IMG/VR virus record: IMGVR_UViG_3300031820_000012
Coordinates: 1 to 32,284 of that record
From: a virus
Lineage: Duplodnaviria; Caudoviricetes
Length of the DNA: 32,284 nucleotides
Direction: 5' to 3' (one strand)
The notes under the pieces: generated by a model
What the model saw: only the letters and a program-made list of their open reading frames with translations
The model's database searches: none
Told to the model about the DNA's origin: nothing
Part shown: piece after piece, positions 27,155-32,284 of the stretch
How positions within the stretch are numbered: position 1 is the stretch's first letter
How the letters are laid out: every line of letters begins with the position of its first letter
Position numbers and translations under genes: made by a program

Positions 27155-27267
27155 CTCTCCCGGATGGATTTGAACCACCACGTCACACCGGATGTTCCGT
27201 TGGACAACAGGCGATAGCGAGTGGAGATCTCCATAACCTGTCGCGTCTACCATTCCGCCACGGGAGA
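27155..27267 (-). tRNA. Atypical type II (Leu-like body) tRNA or tRNA-like RNA with 25-nt anticodon region; anticodon unassignable
   Basis: Acceptor TCTCCCG/CGGGAGA, T8, D-arm GCG-GAATGGTAGA-CGC, anticodon stem ACAGG/CCTGT, long variable arm, T-arm GGTGG-TTCAAAT-CCATC, discriminator G followed by CCT. Confidence 0.8.
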
Positions 27268-27282
27268 AAATACATGCGACTT

Positions 27283-27310
27283 GCATTGCCGGTTCTCGGA
27301 CCGGCGCTGC
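27283..27310 (-). other. GC-rich hairpin in the leader of the tRNA-like gene
   Basis: GCA-GC-GCCGGT-CCGAGA-ACCGGC-AA-TGC between the epimerase stop and the tRNA 5' end. Confidence 0.4.
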
Positions 27311-27318
27311 GAACCCTC

Positions 27319-28329
27319 CTACACCATCCCTTTCTCAATCGGAGAATCTGTAGTCGTTCGCACTACAGTATCCGACTTTTTCTCATTTTGCAACTGCCGA
27401 AGTAGCCAATGATATGTCGGCTTCAAGCCGACATGCAAAACGGTACGCGGTGCCCACCCCAGTTCCTTAAGAATAAGTGTGTTGTCGGAATTGCGGCCGA
27501 AAACGCCGACATTGCCGGCAACGTACTTCTTGCCCACTTGCTTGTCCGCGACATAGCAAATGGTCTCGATGAGTTGATTGATCGTCACGAGTTGCGCCGA
27601 TCCAATATTGAGGATCTCACGGCAGTCGCTGCGCATCAGTCGTACGATCCCTTCGATCGCATCGTCGACATAAGTGAACGAGCGGCGCTGATGCCCATCA
27701 CCCCACACCTCGATCTCGCCCCACGCAGGAGCTTCGGCAACCTTGCAGCACAGCGCCATGACGGACTTGGCGCGGTCGCCGCGATAAGGCGCACAGGGAC
27801 CGTAAGTGTTGTGAAGCCGGCCGATGCGGATCGTCATTCCGTAATTGCGAGCGTGTGCGAGATACAGCGCCTCCGCAAAGAGTTTCTCGCGAGCAAATGC
27901 GTTGCTCGGGAAATAGCCTTCCGTCAAACTTTCCCTCGCTCCATCGCCCTGCGTATCGGGATAGACGCAAGCGGACGACGCGAAGAAAATGCGCTTCGCT
28001 CCAAATTGCTTGCACCAATCCAACACGTTGGCGTTGATGCGCGAAGAGTTCGCGAGGATGTGTGCATCGTTGTCGGAATTGCCGATATACCCCATGCCCC
28101 CGACCTCGCCGGCAAGCTGGTAGACCTCGTCAGCATCGGCAAAAATGAATCGTGCTTCGCTGGCGAGCAATGAACGCGTCAAATCGTGACAAAGAAAACT
28201 ATCACAACTGACGGGACCGTAATCCTGTTGCCTGCGACTGACACCAATGACTTGATGCCCCTCGCGCTTGAGACGATTGCAGAGGTGGAAGCCGAGGAAG
28301 CCCCCGGCTCCAAGAACGACGCACTTCAT
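27319..28329 (-). CDS. NAD-dependent epimerase/dehydratase, GDP-mannose 3,5-epimerase-like (atypical active site)
   Basis: GAGGFLG, YQLAGEVGGMGYI, FASSACVYP, RLHNTYGP, VWGDGHQRRSFTYVDD, GVFGRNSDNTLI...LGWAP; YxxxK position reads FAREK. Confidence 0.88.
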   Translation of the reverse strand: MKCVVLGAGGFLGFHLCNRLKREGHQVIGVSRRQQDYGPVSCDSFLCHDLTRSLLASEARFIFADADEVYQLAGEVGGMGYIGNSDNDAHILANSSRINANVLDWCKQFGAKRIFFASSACVYPDTQGDGARESLTEGYFPSNAFAREKLFAEALYLAHARNYGMTIRIGRLHNTYGPCAPYRGDRAKSVMALCCKVAEAPAWGEIEVWGDGHQRRSFTYVDDAIEGIVRLMRSDCREILNIGSAQLVTINQLIETICYVADKQVGKKYVAGNVGVFGRNSDNTLILKELGWAPRTVLHVGLKPTYHWLLRQLQNEKKSDTVVRTTTDSPIEKGMV

Positions 28330-28338
28330 TGCGACCTC

Positions 28339-28587
28339 TTAGGACGTGAGTTCTTTGACGATCCACATCACGGACTGCTCAAGCGCCGTGATGGCGAGAG
28401 CGTTGTAGCGTCCGGCCTTGACCTTCGCATACAACGCTTCCATCGTTTCGGCGTGAGACTTGATCTCGTCGTGAAGCGCCTTTTCCTCGGTCGTCAACGC
28501 GCGATAGCGCGGACGAAAGCGGCTCGTCGGCATCTTGGTATCGTCGCTTTGACGGGCATCCGGCTTGCCTTCAAACAGGTTTGTCAT
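28339..28587 (-). CDS. Acb2/Tad1-like cyclic-nucleotide sponge (anti-defence) protein
   Basis: YRALTTEEKALHDEIK resembles the Acb2 N-terminal YRxLSxEE helix; RYNALAITALEQSVMW resembles the Acb2/Tad1 second helix; 82 aa. Confidence 0.7.
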   Translation of the reverse strand: MTNLFEGKPDARQSDDTKMPTSRFRPRYRALTTEEKALHDEIKSHAETMEALYAKVKAGRYNALAITALEQSVMWIVKELTS

Positions 28588-29116
28588 CTGTCATTTCCTT
28601 CTTGCGTTTGTACCAAGGTTGAAACTGCAACAAGAGTTGTGGATCGAAGCGATCCCACGTGCCCTCGAACGTGAGAGCGCGATCGTCGATCGTGAGGAAT
28701 GCGGGCGGTTTCGTCGTAGGGAATTTGAGCTTGTTGATGAGATCAATAGCTTTCGCCGAACTTCCAAAAACGTGCACGGCATATGCCACGATCCAAGAAC
28801 ACATCGCTTGCACACCGGCAGGATCGTGCGACCTCGACGAGTAGATCTGCACGTCGAAATAATTGGTGGCGTTATCGAGCCATTCAAGCGCGCCGGGGAC
28901 GGGAGGATCGGGGATAACTCTGGCGCCCAGCCACCGCGTCTTGTAGCTGTGAATGACGCCGTCAAAATCAACGAGTAAGATCGGCTTCGTGGCGACGCTG
29001 GTGGCGGGCGCGGTAGAAATCGGCGGTACGTGTCCTCTCCGTGTCGGATCGGTCAGGTTGTCCGCCATCTTTCTGGTGACGTCGTCGTGTGTCACGATTG
29101 CCTGTTCGGTCGTCAT
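28571..29116 (-). CDS. HAD-superfamily phosphatase/nucleotidase
   Basis: ILLVDFDGVIHSY (motif I), IYSSR (II), KP (III), IDDRA (IV). Confidence 0.85.
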   Translation of the reverse strand: MTTEQAIVTHDDVTRKMADNLTDPTRRGHVPPISTAPATSVATKPILLVDFDGVIHSYKTRWLGARVIPDPPVPGALEWLDNATNYFDVQIYSSRSHDPAGVQAMCSWIVAYAVHVFGSSAKAIDLINKLKFPTTKPPAFLTIDDRALTFEGTWDRFDPQLLLQFQPWYKRKKEMTDDKPV

Positions 29117-29199
29117 GCAACGCTTCCTTTACTCGTTCTCTCGCCGCCAATCTACGCAGTTGGATCTCGCGCTCGGTTTGCCGCGTAGACAACCAGCAC

Positions 29200-29553
29200 T
29201 TATGATTTTGCGTGCAGTAGTTCAGCGGCATCCGGTCGGTTTTTCCGCAGTTCTGCCAACAATTCCTCATAGTGCATTTGACTGGTTGTCTCTTCTCCTG
29301 GTGGGATTTCTTTTGCGTCTTCGTCTGCGGAGTCGATGACTTTCGCCAAATCGGAGAAAGACACCAAGTCAAAAAACGTTTCGTTGTCGACGTGAGCCGT
29401 TTGAACGTTCGCATAACAGTGCTCGATATGCTCATCGATGAACGACGCGAGAGTGCGAGCATTGGTGTAACGCCGCCACATGTCAATATACGCGAGCAGC
29501 CGCGTGACAGCCATACATTTCTTGCAACGAAACCAAACTATTTCGTCGGCCAT
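29200..29553 (-). CDS. Hypothetical protein with CxxC...HxxHC
   Basis: ATG 29553 with AAGGA RBS (MADEIVWFRCKKC), 117 aa. Confidence 0.6.
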   Translation of the reverse strand: MADEIVWFRCKKCMAVTRLLAYIDMWRRYTNARTLASFIDEHIEHCYANVQTAHVDNETFFDLVSFSDLAKVIDSADEDAKEIPPGEETTSQMHYEELLAELRKNRPDAAELLHAKS

Positions 29554-29555
29554 AA

Positions 29556-30866
29556 TTATTCCTTCAACGGCTCCACGGCAGGCAACTTGTCCCAATCGAA
29601 CGAGGATGACTTGTCCCAGTTCTGCTCGTCCTTGACACAAACGGCATAGAACGTCACGCCGGGATCGTGCGCAACGAGCTTGAGCGTGCGATAGGCAACC
29701 TGTGCGGGGACGGGGATCGTGATAAAGGGTTGATGGGGTTGCTCGGGCGGGAGATCGGGAAACGCCCGATATTTTGTGTAGGGGTCGGTGACCTCGATCC
29801 GCCCACCTTTCTTCCCGCCGCTGACGACGAGATCGCAGGGGCCGTTGATCGGCAACTCGATCGTCGCCCCTTTCTGCTTTGCTTCGTAGGCGAACGGACC
29901 ATAGCCTTGCGACCACTTGAGTTGCCAATTGTCAGCGACATCGCCAATGCCGTGGTTGCTACTGACGTAACGCCCACCGAGAGCACCGACGTGATGCGCG
30001 AAGATCGTCGAGAACATGCCGTCGTGATTGAGCAGGGGGATGCGCGGCGCGGTGTCTATCACGTACTCGCCGTTATAGATGGCGTTCAAGCGCGCAATGT
30101 AATTCTCGAACTTGACGTCGTCGCGAAGGACATTGACGGGCTCTTTGACAATGGTCAAGCCCTGCTCTTTGAGCGGAGGAACCTGCCCGATCATCTCCAC
30201 ATCGGAAGGCGTGAGCGCGAGCGACGCGTAACCCTCGGACGCGAGCACGAGATCCTGATGCCAATCGGAGACGATGGCCTGATCGAGATTGCGCCACGGA
30301 AACCAACGGCCGACATCGACCTCCGCCAGTTGCATGAACACCTTGCGGTTCTCGCGCGTGTTGCCTGTGCGGAAATATTTCAAGTGAAGCTCGGCAGCGG
30401 GACGAGAGAGGATCTGCATGCCATAGCCGAGATTGTGCATCGCGGCATAGCCGCTATCGCGCTGAAAAAGAATGCGATCCTCGTAGGCTCTCGCGCTGAC
30501 GGCACCCACTTGGAATCCATTGACGTCGCCCATACGAAACAAAGCCATCGTACGATCAAACCAATCGCCGGGAAGCAACACGTCGTTCTCGACGATGCCC
30601 ATGTAGTCGTAGTATTTGTGATGGTTGAGCATCTTCGTGTAAGCATACGCAACGGCCGCGTCGGCGCCACCGCGGATGTTCTGATGCAGTTCGAACACGG
30701 CGCCGCGATCGATCTTTTCCAGCAAAGGCGCGTTGCGTCCGTTGGGCGTGACGGAACCGTCGATCCAGAATAGATCGAATCTGTCGGGTTGGAACAGCGG
30801 GACGATGGTCTGCTGCGTCAACTCGGGGCGATCTTTTGTGAGGAAAGCAATCGCGACCTTATTCAC
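29556..30866 (-). CDS. GT-A (family 2-like) glycosyltransferase with C-terminal beta-sandwich domain
   Basis: VAIAFLTKDRPEL, FWIDGS, YMGIVENDVLLPGDW (DxD-like), GAVSA; GGAG RBS plus GTG. Confidence 0.75.
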   Translation of the reverse strand: MNKVAIAFLTKDRPELTQQTIVPLFQPDRFDLFWIDGSVTPNGRNAPLLEKIDRGAVFELHQNIRGGADAAVAYAYTKMLNHHKYYDYMGIVENDVLLPGDWFDRTMALFRMGDVNGFQVGAVSARAYEDRILFQRDSGYAAMHNLGYGMQILSRPAAELHLKYFRTGNTRENRKVFMQLAEVDVGRWFPWRNLDQAIVSDWHQDLVLASEGYASLALTPSDVEMIGQVPPLKEQGLTIVKEPVNVLRDDVKFENYIARLNAIYNGEYVIDTAPRIPLLNHDGMFSTIFAHHVGALGGRYVSSNHGIGDVADNWQLKWSQGYGPFAYEAKQKGATIELPINGPCDLVVSGGKKGGRIEVTDPYTKYRAFPDLPPEQPHQPFITIPVPAQVAYRTLKLVAHDPGVTFYAVCVKDEQNWDKSSSFDWDKLPAVEPLKE

Positions 30867-30965
30867 TCGGGAATCTCCAATTCCGGTTGATCAAGCTTGT
30901 ACTTTTTGCGCAATGCCGGCGCGTCGTACCAGGGACGCCCTGTTTTCTCTGATGCCTGAAAACCA

Positions 30966-31817
30966 TCAGCCGCTCCCGTAGATCTTGCGCAACTTATTGA
31001 GATCATCAGGCGCGAGATCAGCCGACCCTATCAAATCGCCGACTGCAGCATATGAAGCGCGATAACCTTTCTCGTGCTCGATCACGACGCCCCACAACGA
31101 GACCGTGCCGAAAACGATAGGCCAGTTGTTATCATCGCCGTTCAAATCGGTTGCAAACAAGCTTGAGCCGCGCCAGCAGCGAAACATCGCGCAATAAAAG
31201 ACGACTTCCTCCGACTCCTTGAACGCGTAGACACCCTCGCGCTCCTCGTTGACATCGCCGGTCACGACGCCGCTGGGCTCCCATATCGTCTTGGAACGAA
31301 ACGTGCTGTGAAGCCGCCACTGCGGATCGACCTGCCACGCGCGATAGCCGATTATCTCGCCGGCTCTAATTCCGGCGTCTTCAACGGCTCGCTTGGGCTT
31401 GTCGGGATAGAGGGCTCCGAGGGAGACGAAGGATGAGGTGTGGACGGTGGCGGGCTGGGCGAAAAGTGAGGCGAGTCCGCCGGGATTGGATGCACGAGCG
31501 GGATTACGGTATGGCGTCTGACGGGTTCTCCAATGTTTGCCATCGAGGTCTCTCCTGAATTGCTCACTGAGCTTGTTGAAGTGCTGCAACTTGAAACCGC
31601 CGGAATCGAAGAGCATGATGCACTCGTGCTCTTCGTCGCACCATTTCCAATACGCCGGAATATCAGTGCGTGCTCTACACTTGATCTCTTCGCTGCTTAG
31701 CACTTGCTGCAAATGCACCGTCGCTTTCGACAACCCCGGCTGCACGCCACGTGGACCCGGTTTCGCGAGCGCGCCGAGTCGGCCGGGAGCAACGATGACG
31801 AGATCCCACTGCATCAT
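30966..31817 (-). CDS. Hypothetical protein with conserved-looking C-terminal domain (GYRAW...GVYAFK...VSLWGVVIEHEKGYRA)
   Basis: ATG 31817 coupled (ATGA) to the upstream stop; frame open for 283 aa. The true start is uncertain. Confidence 0.6.
   Translation of the reverse strand: MMQWDLVIVAPGRLGALAKPGPRGVQPGLSKATVHLQQVLSSEEIKCRARTDIPAYWKWCDEEHECIMLFDSGGFKLQHFNKLSEQFRRDLDGKHWRTRQTPYRNPARASNPGGLASLFAQPATVHTSSFVSLGALYPDKPKRAVEDAGIRAGEIIGYRAWQVDPQWRLHSTFRSKTIWEPSGVVTGDVNEEREGVYAFKESEEVVFYCAMFRCWRGSSLFATDLNGDDNNWPIVFGTVSLWGVVIEHEKGYRASYAAVGDLIGSADLAPDDLNKLRKIYGSG
31352..31543 (-). CDS. Pro/Ser-rich small protein nested in an alternative frame
   Basis: AGGAGA RBS 7 nt before ATG; MANIGEPVRRHTVIPLVHPIP...SPSEP repeats; 63 aa. 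Confidence 0.55.
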   Translation of the reverse strand: MANIGEPVRRHTVIPLVHPIPADSPHFSPSPPPSTPHPSSPSEPSIPTSPSEPLKTPELEPAR

Positions 31818-32284
31818 CCCGCCATCGCCTTTTCGCAATCTGCGATCCACGCTGCCGTCAAGTCAGGAGAGAAGCAGCTGAACTCGTCATAGATTTTCTT
31901 GACGTTGGCGAGCACCGAGTTTTCGCGAGGGCACGTCGTTTGCCACAAGCAAGTGTTGAAATCCTCAATGCCGCGCATACCGTCCATCTCAAGCGCGAGG
32001 TCGTCGAGCAAGTAATGCTGGTTGCGCTCCTGATAGACGAACGGGCGCCCGAGATGCACATAGAGGTCAAGCGTCTCCATGATGCGCTGGCAGATGAGCG
32101 ACGCGAAGATGTCGTGATAGCGAGTATCCTCACCGTCAATGAGCGGCATGAACATCGCGGGTGCCAATTCACGAACGAAAGCGGTGTTCTGCGAATTGAA
32201 GATCGTCATGCAACGATGCGGGTTGACCACGACGCCGGCACGTGCCAACTCCGATACGTTGAGACGCGTAGGGTTGGTGACGAT
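31814..32284 (-). CDS. RGP / UDP-arabinopyranose mutase (GT75)- or STELLO-like protein (partial, N-terminus beyond window)
   Basis: Frame is open to the window edge. FNSQNTAFVRELAPAMF...RYHDIFASL.CQRI...L.VHLGRPFVYQERN.H....DL..E..G aligns by eye with the RGP C-terminal half and the STELLO FNSQNT motif. Confidence 0.65.
   Translation of the reverse strand: MVTNPTRLNVSELARAGVVVNPHRCMTIFNSQNTAFVRELAPAMFMPLIDGEDTRYHDIFASLICQRIMETLDLYVHLGRPFVYQERNQHYLLDDLALEMDGMRGIEDFNTCLWQTTCPRENSVLANVKKIYDEFSCFSPDLTAAWIADCEKAMAG

Larger units (their letters stand above)
1..32284. mobile_element. Tailed phage/prophage genome segment with podovirus-like morphogenesis module
   Basis: TerL, portal, scaffold, capsid, adaptor/nozzle and large helical ejection-type proteins in conserved order. 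No tape measure, sheath or host housekeeping genes are seen. Gene packing is dense and co-oriented. Confidence 0.95.

Noticed and set aside
27145-27234. N-terminal extension of the HNH ORF given in the ORF track
   Set aside because: It runs through the tRNA-like gene; ATG 27144 directly precedes the CxxC motif.
27212-27236. Group I intron, or an assignable anticodon (ATG, CTA amber, CCA, TCC) in the tRNA
   Set aside because: 18 extra nt is far too short for a self-splicing intron, and no register gives an unambiguous canonical loop, so no identity or recoding is claimed.
30863-31006. Short ORFs in the gap before the GT2 gene (e.g. ...PWYDAPALRKKYKLDQPELEIPE)
   Set aside because: Two competing short frames exist with no decisive support; possibly a gene remnant.
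1-32284. CRISPR array, diversity-generating retroelement, reverse transcriptase, rRNA, endolysin
   Set aside because: No spaced direct repeats, TR/VR pair, RT motifs, rRNA-like sequence or lysin motifs were seen by eye.

Overview
The whole window is a segment of a tailed phage or prophage genome. Almost all genes are on the minus strand with frequent ATGA/TGATG coupling. From right to left: (i) an accessory block rich in sugar-handling genes (partial RGP/GT75-like protein, GT2-like glycosyltransferase, HAD phosphatase, GDP-mannose-3,5-epimerase-like SDR with Phe in place of the catalytic Tyr, TPR-glycosyltransferase of FlmG/FlbA type). This block also carries an Acb2/Tad1-like anti-defence protein, a Pro-rich ORF nested in another gene, an atypical tRNA-like RNA with an 18-nt-expanded anticodon arm, an HNH-type endonuclease, a serine recombinase and a KTSC protein. 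(ii) Terminase large subunit, Zn-ribbon protein and portal. (iii) An inverted two-gene cassette (Xis/HTH_17-like) with a symmetric divergent promoter. (iv) A podovirus-type virion operon: 13-aa Arg-rich micropeptide, small proteins, scaffold, major capsid, decoration-like protein, two paralogous head-tail adaptors, nozzle, tail fibre, GNAT-like pair, three putative ejection proteins, a holin-like protein and two signal-peptide proteins. An alphaproteobacterial host is suggested by promoter style and protein families but is only inferred. All family assignments come from motif recognition by eye; no database search was run. The strongest candidates for new biology are a phage-encoded protein (virion) O-glycosylation pathway and the tRNA-like RNA with its HNH/serine-recombinase neighbours.
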